Positions 21,780 through 35,900 of a stretch of DNA of 64,000 bases are shown in pieces. Position numbers and translations under genes: made by a program. The notes below the pieces were generated by a model. It was not told where the DNA came from, did no database searches, and was given only the letters and a program-made list of their open reading frames with translations. Origin of the DNA: Octopus sinensis (taxonomy: Eukaryota). The DNA is taken from positions 100,130,001 to 100,194,000 of the forward strand of contig NC_042997.1 in NCBI RefSeq assembly GCF_006345805.1, given 5' to 3'. Numbering within the stretch: position 1 is the first letter of the stretch; the number at the start of each line of letters is the position of its first letter.

Positions 21780-22235
21780 CAGTGCATTGGACAAATTAAG
21801 AATAATTTGGAAGTTTACATTGCCTGACCAGATGAAAAGAGAATTCTTCAGTGCCATCATAGAATCATTTCTTTACAGTGCATCAGCATGGACTCTGATA
21901 AAAAAGATAGAAAGCAAGCTTGATGGGACCTACATACATATGTTGTGTGCTGCTCTCAACAAGTCATGGAAACAACATCCCACAAAAAAAAAAGAGCTTT
22001 ATGGAAATATCTCCCAACATTACCAATCATTTGTGAACAGAAGGTAAGATATACTGGTCACTGCTATTGAAGTGAAGATGAATCAGTCAATGAGCTCTTT
22101 CCATGGAAATTCTCATGTTGGACAACACAGAAAGACATACATTGATCAACTCTTTTTGTGATGTTGAGTTATAAATAGAAGACCTCAAAAGTGTCATGGA
22201 AGACAGGAATACTTGGAGAGAAAAAGTGGTTTTGG
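21780..22235 (+). mobile_element. Decayed RTEX-like LINE 3' fragment
   Basis: Frame reads FFSAIIESFLYSASAWTL...KLDGTYIHMLCAALNKSWKQHPT..ELYGNI, typical of RTE/RTEX RT C-termini and distinct from the main RTE family. Confidence 0.65.
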
Positions 22236-22324
22236 TTTGGGTAACCTGCCAAAATGATATACAGAAAACAATGGATTGTATTATATATAGTAGGAAATTT
22301 ACATTTAGCACTCAAATATTAGTT

Positions 22325-22530
22325 TCAGATTTTGGCACAAGGCCAGCAAATTCGGGGGAGTAGGGAAGTTGATTACATCAACCGCCGTGTACAACTGGTA
22401 CTTACTTTATCGCCCTCTGAAAAGATGAAAGGCAAAGTTGACCGCAGCAGAATTTGAATGTAAAGATGAACAAAATGTCATTAAGCATTTTGTCTGGTGT
22501 ACTATCAATTCTGCCAACTCACTACCTTAT
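22325..22530 (-). mobile_element. Meta-like SINE copy
   Basis: Reverse complement of the 18988-19203 family. Confidence 0.75.
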
Positions 22531-24845
22531 TTGACACTCAAATATTACTCACAAATTTAAATTCATAATCAGAGCTATGAAAGCAATAGGGATAGGAATG
22601 GGATAAGCATTACTGAAGTTATATTAATTCACATAAAGTAGCTGTAGAATATTGCCACTACCTTAGTTATCAATACTGACATAAAAATAAATCAAATTCA
22701 GAATGGTATATCAAGCAGCTTAAAGCTAAAATTTTATAATGTGTTGATTCTTCATTTTCCCTCATTTTCTTCTGAGCTATATAGTTTAGTAGTGATAGAT
22801 TGTGGTTAAAACTATTTTCTCTACATATGTTGAAAGCCTAATTGGCATCTTTCATCTTTCTTTTACTTGTTTCAACCAGTAGAATGCAGCCATGCTGGGG
22901 TACCATCTTGAAGGGTTTTGTCGAAGAAATCAACCCCAGTTCTTATATTAAGTTTTTTTTTTCTATTTGCTGAACTGCTAAGTTACAGGGACATAAACAA
23001 ACAAACACTGGTTGACAAGCTTTGGACAAAATACACACAGAAATGTATTATTAGGTACTGACATCAAACTATAATTATTTTTATAGCTAAATGTGAATGT
23101 AACCATATAACCTTATTTTTAATATCAATATTTGAGATACTTCTTTTTCCAAAACATTGATTATTAATCAGTATGACATTAAAAGAAAATTCAAGCCCAC
23201 AGATTGTGAAAAATGGTTTATTAAAAAAAAAAAAAATGTATTTTATATATGTGTGTGTGTATGTGTGTATATATATAAAAGCAAACATTATAGCTTCTGA
23301 CCATTTCGTTCAACCATGTAACGTAACCTTGCCAATTACATTGATGGATTTAACAGTGAAAAATATGCTTTTCACTTTAAGCATTCATAAAAGTTCATTT
23401 ATTTTTTGCTAAGCACTCATGAAAAAATATTTCAAATACTCATATGAAGACACCAAACAGTGGCTGGCCAACTATTTTAATGTGGCAACCAAATATCATT
23501 CAACAACCTTTCTACCATTTTTAAAATGGTTATCATGTAAACAAGTGACAGAGTCTATATGCAGCCACTCAAAGCTATTCAATATAGGAGCCAAATGCAC
23601 ATTACGTCCAACAATGAAACCTCTCAGACCCATGACTATTCATATCTCAGTGAAAATGTTTTATCATTCACTGTAACCATTACCTGTCTACCTCCACCGA
23701 TTATATATATATGTGCATGTGTATATATATAAATATATATACATACACACATATTTACTGAGTACTGACATCAGACTATAATTTTCTTAATAGCTATGAA
23801 AAAACTTCAACCATAATCTAGCTCCTCCAAAAGAGATTAAAAGAACAGAATTAGACATACTGTTGCTATTAACCTGCTAGCAATCCTTCATTTAAATCAA
23901 CTTTTGTTAGTAGTCTTTTGATGAGATTAGCTTTTGATTCTAAACTGAAGTAATTTCAATTCCCTTATGTGGTTACCCATTGCCAGCTTCCTTGGTCCTT
24001 TCCTAAAAAAAAAAAATGGTTCTATTTATCAAACACCAAATCAATATATACTATTATTTTTGAGACTCAATCTGATGAAATGCACTTGGGTACTTCATGT
24101 AAATGTAAGTATACATTAAATTATGAATTCATATTCATATCTATATTTATGTTCATAATTTGTATTGCCCATGTTATGTTGAAAGAATTGTAACTACAAA
24201 ATTAAAAATAATACCATAAATTCAAGTTTTTATAGCTTAAGCCAATATAATGAAACTAGTAGTAGATAGCTTCACCCACTACAAAAGCTTGTGCTACTAA
24301 ATTTTGAAAAAAAAAAAAACCTCAAAAAAACCTAATATGTCAATGTTTTCATGAACACTAACTACAAACCAAAAAAGAGAAAAAGAGGTTCATAAACTAT
24401 TGTACACCCATACAATAACTAAGTTTTAAAATGAAACCTGTACAGTATCAAAAAGTATCTCCATTTGCACACAACATTTTCTGGGTGTAATCAATCCAAA
24501 ATATAACTACAAACCTACTTAAAAACTAACATTACATTCATTAGACTTCCCTTCTCCTTTTTGTCTGACCCAGATAAATATGAAACGTATTCAATTAATT
24601 TTTATATTTGCTTCTACCAGACAAGGTTGGAAATAACTCTAATAAATCCTGAAATTGTCCCACATTGAGTTCAAGTCAATGAACTCACACAGTCATTTTC
24701 TAAATTTCAATATTATTACAAATCAAATTTGAACTACATTAATTCATTTGATATCAATGGTTCCTATTTTTAAACTATCCTTTTTTTAAAGTATACTTAA
24801 ATTAAATCCTTGCATCACTAACGTAATAATGAACAAATTATTTTA

Positions 24846-25064
24846 TTAACCTTTTAGCACTGAAACTAGCCATATTCTGCTGAAAATTTCTAATATATTT
24901 TATTTTAAAACTGGTCAGATCCAGCCTCTCAAACCTACCTTATGATGTCATTCTTAAAAAAGACAATCACATCATCAAAATCTCAAAGCTATGAGATAAT
25001 ACATGATTAATTCAAAACAATGTGAATAACATTTGACAGAGTAATCTGAATGCTAAAGCATTAA
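24846..25064 (-). mobile_element. TTAA-flanked MITE copy
   Basis: TTAACCTTTTAGCA...TGCTAAAGCATTAA; body colinear with 20471-20688. Confidence 0.8.
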
Positions 25065-28000
25065 ATCCCTTCAAATTTGTTACTTTCAAAACAAAGTGAA
25101 ACATATTTTGCTTGAAATTTGGTGAGAAAAGGGTTAAAATCACTCCTTATTTTCCTGCTACATAAGTCTCAATAAAATGTAAATTAAAAAAAAAAAAAAG
25201 CAGAAAAATTAAAATAGAACAAGAAGTTCATTAAGAAATAATTCACTTTATTGACAAATAGATGTTAGGAAAAAAAAATTAAATATAACTTACCAGCTTA
25301 GAAATTGTCAATAAGTCTTTTTTTTTTTCACCCCCAATCATAACTTACATTACAAAAAAAATAAAATAAAATAAAATAAACAGGGAGGGGGATCTATAAT
25401 GTGCATATAGACACACACAGACACATGCACAGAGACATACAAGTAAAGAATGGAAAAATAAATAAAAGTTGTTTACTGATCATTAAAGAAATTTGAGTAG
25501 AGAACCATCGAAAGCATCTATCTCCAGTAAGAAGAGGGCAAATAGGTAGAAATGATAGCTGGAAATGTAGATGTTTCAAATATATGTGCAAAGAAGGGCC
25601 CAGGATGGTTTCTCTACCATAAACAGCTGGACAGCAGAATGCCATCAATCCTGTTAGAAAAATAAGGGTTCTTTTGTTGGACTGGAGACATTATTACACT
25701 TATGTTATTGAAAAATTATCTATTTTGGTGACCACTTCAGATGAGAAAGAAAGAAAAAATATAAACAAAACAAATAAAATAGCTATATATATATATATAT
25801 ATATATATATTGCATAAATTTAAAAACTAAAAATACTGGTCTTATAAACAAAATTTGTTGGATTTTAAAAAATAGCAGGATTGAGGAGGAAGAAGAAAAT
25901 AGTTTTGGAGTATGTTATTTAAAAAGAAAGGAAACCCACTCAGCAAACAAATACACTGATAGTTAACTACATGGGAAATATATTTTGTTTTTAAATATAC
26001 TATAAAATCAGAAAATCAAAAGCAGGCAATCCTGTATTTTTTCTATAGAGATCAAATTAAAGGGGAAACAAAAGATTAACGTCTATATCCCTTTCTTTAA
26101 AAAAAATTTAATTAATAAATAAAATTTTAAAAAATGAAAATAAAAATGAAAAGAAGAAAATCTTCATTGTCTACATCTGTTGGATTTTGTAATTAAAAAA
26201 AAAATCACAATAAACATTTACCTTCATCTATGATGAAATAAAAGGTAGATGAAAGTAACAAAATATAGTATTGGTAAAGAAGAGAATGTTTTAAAGTGAA
26301 CCTCATGTTGGAACGTTAATTTAGATGTCAAATATGATGATTTGAGATCAAGTGGCAGTGAAATCAGCAAGTTGTAAAGATAGAAAATTCATTTTTTTTC
26401 TTTTTTAGTAAACACAAAAAGGAATCTACCTTCCAATTTACATGGCCACCAAGAGATATCAAACAGAATTTTATTTTTAAATAAGAAATAATTTATTAAT
26501 TCATCAAACAGAAATATTTAAGCAAGACGCTTTATGTGTCAAGATATTTTGTTTTTCTTGTCAATTTTACCTACACATAAAATAGAAATGTTTTCATAGA
26601 GATAATGTACTTTGAGAATGTTATATAAACCTTACAGAATGTTTCTGCTGATGGAATTTCGGAATATAAAGCCAATAAAGTAAAAATAGAATGATGTGGA
26701 TTACAAATGAATAACTACTGAATAATTAATACACTTAATAATTAAAAAAAAAAAGTCAAACACAGGCACACAAAGGAACAAAAATCAATAATTTAGAAAA
26801 TCCATTTCATTATATTCAAACCTCTTCATTAGTTTAGAAATCATTTAGAATGAGATAATTTTATTTCTGTAAATATCTTGTCACAATACCATTTTCATTT
26901 AAAATTTTAAGAGTTTGCATGTGTGTGTATGCTATTCGGTTGCTTGTGGCTTTTCTAGAGATTTTGTTTAGATACTACAAAGAACCATTTAATTGAAAAA
27001 GAAAGATACATTAGGGAATAGAGTAATATTAAGTGGAGAATAAAACGAAGTATCTAAAGAGATCACAATGATAGACAGGATGTAATTGAGTTGAAAAATA
27101 AAAATACGTGTCATCTAATATTTCTTTACTCTAAAATATTAAGAACAGAAATGTAATAGGAAATCGAAGAGAAGACTCTGAGCAAACCAGTAATACTATA
27201 AAAATATTTCAAAAGTAGTGAAAATGGAAACACACACACATGCATACACACAGAAATAAAAGTATTCTACAAAGAAATCTATATTTTATTATTTTGTAAC
27301 AAATGAATGAAATGATGATATAAAATGCAATAAATAGATGAGATGATTAGGAGATGAAATATCGCATTTCTACTTTTTAAAAGAATTCATTGGAAGTAAT
27401 TGAAGAATACTATTTTCCATAGTTTCAAAAAGTTCTTATCTGGTTGGCCAAGATCCTACAAACATATATAAAAGTAAAAATGTATTAAAAACCTAATATA
27501 ATATTCCTACTACTTTTCATATCAATATCATCAAGAATTAGAATAAATAAGCTGGTTTAAAATTAGTACAATTTTTGAAAAGAGGAGATCATTTTGAGAT
27601 ATTGAAAAAGATCCACTTTGACACTGAATAAAAAAGGAACTTCAATACAGATGTTCAGTATAATTTGATGGTAGTCAACTAGAAAGATCCATTATAGCAA
27701 TTTTGAAAGTATATAAGCAAAAGTTAAAATATTAATATAACAGATTACTAGTCTTTAATTATAGTGCATTAGAGCAAATGATTTTATGAACTATAAGATT
27801 ATACAATGTTGATTCAGTCATAACTCTCAGAGCAACTGAAATAATCTGTTAAAGACTATGGAATATTGTGAAATACACAAAGATGAAAGCGAATCCATTT
27901 ATACAAAGTAATTAAAACTTCTGCATTTAGGAATATTTGTTTTGCAATATAAACTATTCTTTCTTATAGTGGTCCTCATTTCAATATATTTTTATAAGTG

Positions 28001-31000
28001 GCCCTCATTATCTCAATATACTGATTGATTTAGTAATGTAATCAGCATTAGGGCAAACACAAATGAACTAAATAGATCATGAAAACAATCTCAAACTGGA
28101 TACTAGTTAGATGAGTATGGAATGATGTGTAATAGATAATTACACACAACATGTTATGAAATAAAGTGAACAAATTAGGATGATAAAGTTATAAAGAAAC
28201 CTTGCTTTGGAAACAAAATCAAACCCCCAAATTTTCCTAATGACAAAAAAATAATTTAATGATCTAAAATATATTTTTTAAAATCTGAAGAAAATAGAAA
28301 AATATTGAAGGTTAGAAGAATTGATCAGAAATAGAAATTACCAATCATGATAATACAGCTTCTGTATCAATGATATAGACACAGTAACTGAGTTAATATA
28401 TGTTATAAAATAGCATATAATACTTTAAACCTATATTAAGTATGTATTGTTTTTTTCCCTATTATTAATCAATGTCAGTAACCATTTTTTATACATTATA
28501 TTACAAATTAAGGTCTTTGATTATGCTGCTGCAATTAGATACATTTCGTTTCACTGGATGAATAATCCTCAAATTACAGACTTATTAACTTGAAAAATAA
28601 CAAGTATTTACTTTCAGAGCCATCTTCTCTTGTGAAATTGTATATATTGTGCTAAACTGTTATAATTATGATCATCATCAGTAGCAACTATATTTCAGTG
28701 ATAGATATTATCAATGGCTGATCAGTCATCAGAATATTAGAAAGTAGGTTTTCCATTGCAGAACTATAAAACTAAAAATTAAATTTTAAAAGAAATTGAA
28801 AGTATGATAACTGCTGAGCATTATTAAAATTAAGAGGAGGCTTGCAAAATTAGATAAAACAACACAGACAGGAATAAATAAAGTTAATTATATAAATGAT
28901 AATTTTTGTTTAGAACTGGAAAATTGCTATTCAACAAAATGAGATGAGATCAGTGAATGCAAAGGGCCATTATTGACCAATAGAATTATCAATGTAAAAT
29001 TAATTTTAAATAAGGTTTTATGAGAGAAACTGATTAAAATAATGAAGGCCACAAAATGAATTATTCATGAGCACAGGGGGGAAAAATACTGTAGAAAGCT
29101 AATTTACATGAAAAGATATAACTATGTGTTTGTGTGTGTTTATATTACCAAATTGCAAACTGACACTGTCAACTAGTTACCCTGGTGCTTATATTAAGAA
29201 CTGATTGCAAAGGCTGTTCTTTGTATAGAAATGGCAAGCATTGCGAATTGTCTTCAGGGGAACAGTAGGTTGGCAAATCTTCATAAGACTAGTGCACGGA
29301 CGGACAAAGCTCACAGAGATAGTCCACAATATGGTGAAGCCTTAATAAATAATGCTTACAACAGATATATTTTTAAAAAGATAAGATTTGTAATGGCAGT
29401 AGTTAGCAAGGGGAAGTTTTTTGACATGATACTTTACAGTTCATAAGTAACATTTTACATACACTCAACATAAGCCAAGAAACCTAGAATAAGATGGATT
29501 TAAAGAAGATGTCAAACAAATGATGAATATCTTATTAACATTCACTTAGTAATAAAGTTTTTAATTTTATAAAATAAAAACAAATTTTTAACAAAATAAA
29601 TATTCATTGGGTGCATAAAAGAGCCGAGATGTTTGAGAATAGTGACTTATACATTACTGCTGCTTATCTCCAAGTAAAGGTATACAGATAATTTAATGGC
29701 AGTGGTTTTTAGGATCTGATAGTCTGATTGGTCAGTCAGTAAAGAAATATATAATGCAATCCATACATACCATATACATAACCTTTTAACTTATATAGCA
29801 TGTGAACCTCAAAGGACAGAAGAGATAATAACAGTGGCAGTAAGTCCCTGAGGTCACATACATCGGTAGCAATACAACAACCATTATCACAATTACAAAT
29901 TGCGTATTTGTTCTTTCACATGGCATCAACATTGGAAATTTGAAGATAGTTTGAATTCAATACTCTTAGAATTTACTAAAAGTGATAGTCACTGAAGCTC
30001 TCTTTCCAACCAGTTTCATACATTATTTTGCAAACAAAAATGTTACATGACATATAAAATTTATATATGAGAGGTAATAATTAATAAAATAAAATTTTAA
30101 GGTATCTCCTACTGCTTCATAAATAGAATTCTGAGTTTTTGAGGTGATAAGAGTACTGTTAGAAAGTTGAAATCAGTTGAACTGCTAGAAAATAGTGGAA
30201 AACAAAACAAACATCAAAGACTTCCCTTCAAGATAACTGTTTTCTTAAATAGTTTTGCCAACTGTAGATGAGACTAAAAGAAAAATATTACTTAAAAAGT
30301 ATTTTAAGAAATTATAAATATAAAAATAACAACCAAAATGAATTGGAATATTCCAACAAAAAGAAAACATCTTTTAAAAGAGAAACTAACAATGGTGAAT
30401 AAGATTTTTGGAAATTGTTTTGCACACAGGAAAAAATAAAAATAAACACACACACGCACACACTAGCATACAAAATAAATTCTGGTTGGTGATATATTGG
30501 CACAAAAATCACAAGTTTTATGTGATGAAATATAGTTGAATTCCTGAATCACATTAGTAAATGTTGGTACTGAATCCAGCTGTTAATACGAGGACCCTGC
30601 CCTCAATTAATTTAGATTTGTTGACAAGATCCTTGATACATGATTCACGATATATCTGCCATTGAATCAAATGGTACCCGAGATAAGGGGTAAAATCTAG
30701 GTTGAAAAATGAACTAAATTTGTTGCAGAAAGAAAATCTTTTTTTACTAAAAAAAATTTTAATAAATGTAAATAACTTACTTAATATAACCGTGAAAATT
30801 CAGTTTAAACTTGTATTGATAATTAAAATGAAATTTAAAAAGAAAAATATAATTTCAGTAAAATTTAGGTTTCAAAGGCTTTCTGTTAGAACCACTAAAT
30901 TACCAGAGTTGAACACAAAAAAATTACCAAAATGATTTAGGTAAAACAGTTTTCTAAGCTAATAACAAAAAAAAAAAAAAGGAAAAAAAATGGAAAGGAA

Positions 31001-32440
31001 AACAGCCGCATATTATTATGGCTGATTAGTTGGATTGTTGCTTAGTTACCTGTTGGCATGGCAATAAAGAGGAAGATTGAGGCAATGGCAGTGACAATTC
31101 CAAGCCATGTTCAAAGACAATTCAGGTAACCTTGCAAAGTGGAAAAGGTATTTCCAGGCAGAAAATATGAGTCCGTAAAAGAGGTAAACCAGAGAGGAGG
31201 GGGTTATAAAATAAAAGCAGTAATAAAAAAGAATATATGTATATATATAAATGATAAATGCAAAAATTCAGTCTTTTTTCGTTTCCCGATATTCAAAATG
31301 AATTGCAACTACAACCACTTAAAAAAAAGAGGGGGTAGATATTAAGACGTAAGTGTAGAGCGGCAGGGCTTTAATTTGTAATCAGTACCGATTCAGTTAT
31401 TGATGAAAACATTTTATATTTCCAATTATTTTAAATTATCTGTTGGATATTTGCTTTAAATATAAACTTTTCTTGGATGAATAAAAAGCAAGGCAACTGA
31501 GTAATGAATTAAAAATTGAAAGAAAATAATGTCTGATACACAGGTGCCAGTTTTAAGATTAACAGCCAATAGAGAAAGGAACTGATGCTATTGTAAATAT
31601 AAACTCTTATTTAGTACTATTTATGAACATTCATATTAACAACAGGTTTTAATAATGAAATTAGTAAGAACACAAAATAGTTAAAATGGGTCTAAGAGTA
31701 ATCCAAATTAATGATTACTTATATTTTAGTTACCTTTAAAATGAAAGTTGTACATTTTATTAACTTAATTTCAGTAACAGCTAAGTGCTTCAATGGCAGG
31801 TACATTAATTATCATAGGAGAGTAATATTTTAAAATTACCTCCATATAAAATTACTTTCTGAGAACATCTGTTAAATAAAAATATTGGAATTTGTTTTTT
31901 CTAAACTGCCTTTGAAACACATTAAGTTACAATCCTTTTGAACAGAACATTTCATTTTCAAATGTGTGTGCAAATTACATGCATAGCCATTCATGTGAGA
32001 GCATGCATATGCACATGCTTGCTTCTATATAGGAATCCTATTTTAATCACATCTGAAAGACATAATACCTACTGGAATTGAAAGACTGGAATTCAGACTC
32101 TATTTTGGCTGTAACTTTTGCTTTCTCTTCAGAGGGATAGGAAAGTATTAGGATATAGATGTTAACTACAGTGGCTAACAAGGAAGAAAGGGAAAGGAGA
32201 AAAACAAACAAACTTAAAAAAAAAAAAAAGACTTGCATAATAATCAAAAATGCTCTGAAGTATCTTTCAGATCACCCTATGTCTGCAGCCAAAAAGCTGA
32301 AGAATCTTCAAAGAGAACCAGTTTTTATTATAAGGAATTACATGGCAGATAGTTAGTCCTCTGGTTTAAGAGGCATCAATGAAGATGAATGTTTGCCCTA
32401 CGTTTGTGATTAGTCTATTGCTCTGCACACAGTTGTTGAC

Positions 32441-32941
32441 TTACTTAGACATAGAGCTGTTTGTTGTTGATGTGGTTGTGTTGAGCAGCTGGGGAGGTAT
32501 GTGTACTGCTCCAGAGAGAGCTTCTGTAGATGGCAGATGAACTAAAGGACTTCGGCGAGGTAGCTGTCCTGCCTGATGTGCCAAAGTAGAGCTGCTTGAT
32601 GTAATGGTAGAGTATGAAGATGATGATGAGGATGACGATGATGATGATGAACAATTGCTGATACTTGTTGGTTTTGATTGTGATGGCTGCTGCTGCTGCT
32701 GTTGTTGTTGTTGTTGTTGTTGTGATGAAGTTATTTGTTTGGTCTGTGGAGCTCTTTTTACTTGGTGAATTGAAGGATGAAGTTGAAATTTATCAAACAT
32801 ATCCATTAAGTCTTGTAAATGATATTGTTCAAGAACGACAAAGCCTTCCAAGGTTGGACTGATCTTGCAAGCACAGTTTAGGCAGTGGACAATATGCTTT
32901 TTATCTTGTTCACTCACAAATAAGATATCAAAAACTTCTTC
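32441..32941 (-). CDS. KDM6A: KDM6A exon 14 of window (EEVFDILFV...HCLNC...poly-Q/poly-S tail, stop)
   Basis: Acceptor tatttgtag|GAA, phase 0; TAA at 32443-32441 overlaps a GTAAGT donor. Confidence 0.9.
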   Translation of the reverse strand, partial: EEVFDILFVSEQDKKHIVHCLNCACKISPTLEGFVVLEQYHLQDLMDMFDKFQLHPSIHQVKRAPQTKQITSSQQQQQQQQQQQQPSQSKPTSISNCSSSSSSSSSSSSYSTITSSSSTLAHQAGQLPRRSPLVHLPSTEALSGAVHIPPQLLNTTTSTTNSSMSK

Positions 32942-35900
32942 CTACAAATAAAAATAAAAAAAAATTATGGTTAATTAAGTAAAATAAACATTTAGTGTCA
33001 CCTTACCTTATAACTTGCTTACATAAGATATTATTTCACTGATTAAGATACATGTACATTCAAAAATTAATCCTTTCAGAACATATGTATGGAGGTAACT
33101 CAAAAGATGATGACAGCAAGAGGGGAGATAGAGTGACCAGAAAAGTGGTCATGTGCACTGTATTAAGGAAAGGCGTTACAGTAAATTTCATTGTATGATG
33201 ATAAGCATTAAGTGGGCTCGTGGAAATTGTATTGGTGTGAGAGAGTTAACAAATGTGTCAGCTATATTTAAGTGTGAAGTTCAGATGGATGAGATGCTGA
33301 GTTTTATCTTGGAAATAGCACGAAGACGGAAGGTGTGAAAATATTTTGTTACTAAGATATGCTGAATGGAGAAGGAAAATTAGATTCAAAGATGTACATG
33401 TGAGAGGTTTCGGGAGAATGGCATGCTAATGAGGAAGGTAGAGCCATTGAAACTGAAGAGAAAGGAGTAGACTATATGTCAGATGTAGTATGACTTATGG
33501 GAGTGAGATCTAAGTATGAATGTGGAGCAGCAGAGAAGACTGGACAGAACACATATGAGAGTGACATGGTGGATGAGCCAGGCATCACTGAAAGAGAACA
33601 ACACAAACAGCGAATTGCAGAGAATGGATGTTGTGAAGAGAAGAGTGGGAAGGAGAAAAGTAACCAGATGAGAGGAGTGATGGAAATAAATGTGAAGTAA
33701 GACTAAGAAAGACATTGCTCAATACCATGGAGGTTGCAATGAGGGCAAGAGGCTCGGTAAGTGATGAGATCTATAGGACAAGGCAGACTGGAGAAGATTG
33801 TCAAAGACCTGAAAGGTTAACTCCTTTAGCATGGAAAATGACCGTAAAATGCTTGCTGTTATGGTATTTTTGTACATGATATTGTTCAAAATTCATGTTA
33901 TAATAATTTCTTTCTGAGTCAAACCAATAGAGTGGAAAAGGTCTTGGGTTTACAAAAAAAACTTTCATGCAGGCATACAAAAGCACCAAGTGCACATTGT
34001 TTTGTATTTTTTATCATGGTAGGTTAAAGTGATAAGAGAAAGAAAGCCCTGGTCAACATAATAACACCTAGCTAGTTTCCTTACTTTCATGGTAGCTAAA
34101 ACTAATATGCAATAGAGTTAATCTCCAAGATTGTAAAGACAATTTTTGAATATAGGTATGACAAGCACAGCCATAGCAGCTGTAAAAGGAATATACAACT
34201 TAACTCTCATGCAAAACAATGCTGAATCAAACCACATGGAATGATGCTGTAGTTGAGGAACTTTCCAATATATTTACAGCATAAAAATAGAAATAATGAT
34301 AAAGTCTCTACATTTAAAAGATAACTGTTTTAACTTTTTTTGTTACCTTATTTCTAATTCCATTAATTTTGAAAATAGGAAAGAATTTAGTAAAACAACT
34401 GTCATAATTAAGCTGGTATTTGGAACATAACACAAAATTTTGATGGTAAATTTTAATTTTACAATGCTTAAAACATGAAGTTTGTATCCTAAAACCAAGG
34501 GTGGTCTCTGGTGGATTGGTATCAAAGGATTAAATGTGGATACACTATACTAAAATCATTAAAAACAAAATATAGATAATGAAATAAGTTAAATGGAAAA
34601 GCAGCCAATACACACCTCACAATCGTTGCAATAGTGAGCAGCTTCATTCTGAACACGGCCATGCCACTTTAATTCAACACCATAGGCCTCTAGGAAATCC
34701 AAACACATTTGTATTTGGCGGAGAGATTTCATTAAGAAAGACCTATAAATATATAAAAGCACATATAAATATAACTGGACATAGGCTATCTATCTTTCCA
34801 TAAATAAAATGCAAATAGTTTTCAGGTATAAATATTTCCATGCAAGCAAGCACATAGATGCAAAACACAAAAAGAAGAAAATAGTACTTGATATCAAAGG
34901 CAGGGTCAAAGACAAAATTTTATTGAAGCTGAAAAGCAAACTGTTACTCAGAGTTTCACATTTCCTATCACTGAGTGGAAGTAAATTTTCCAAATATTTT
35001 ACTACCATGTATAATATACACACACATTCTAAGTGTGAAAGCATCTTTGGTTGCTTCAAACTAACAAAACCTAGAGCACTGAGGATGCCCCTACATTATC
35101 CTCAAACATAACAACCTAGAGTTAACCCCTGCATTTACCAAACTCTTCAGTTTCTTCCTCTACATGGATGTACCCTGATCTTTGGAAATATGCCACAATG
35201 TATCCCATCCCCAAGAAAGGCATCTGCTAACTCTACCAACTGTTGCTGTATCTTTTAAGATAATGGAGATAGCCATTAATATATTCCAATACCTTGAAAC
35301 TTTCTCTACCCACTTAATGACCACAAGTTTCTGTAAAACCAGATTAACTGGTGACCTAAACTATATCATTCATCAATGAGCTCTCACCTTGGAGACATTT
35401 GGTGAAAGCAATGTCACCTTTAACATCAGCAAAACTTTTAAACAGTTTTTGGTATATGAATCATTAATTGAAACAGTCTGGCTAAGGGCTTCACCTGCTT
35501 TGTATCAGATCACCCTAATGTGGCATGTTGGAGCTTTTTCTGTTTTACATTCTATCAACTCTGGTATAACACAGGGTTCAGTTTTATATCTCTTAGTCTA
35601 CCTTCTTTACTTGACCTTATATCTAACAATGTCCACTCCAATGCAGACAATATCACCCTTTTTTCTTTCCAAACCTCTCAAACAGGGCATTATCTACTCT
35701 CAAAATAGATACCATATTCCAAAAACCATACTATGAACAAAACCTCAGAAGCATCTTTCAATGGAGGTATGCCAACCCTGCTTCTTTCAACAGCAAGAAA
35801 AAACAATTGCTACTCATATCATGAAATATTGTACCCCACTCCTCAACAGCTAGAGCCCTCACTATTGTTTCAAATACTGGGCTTCACTTTCACTGAGGAT

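Noticed and set aside
32619-32660. Poly-Ser (TCA)n derived from an RTE (GAT)n tail
   Set aside because: Only the trinucleotide matches; none of the adjoining tail module is present.
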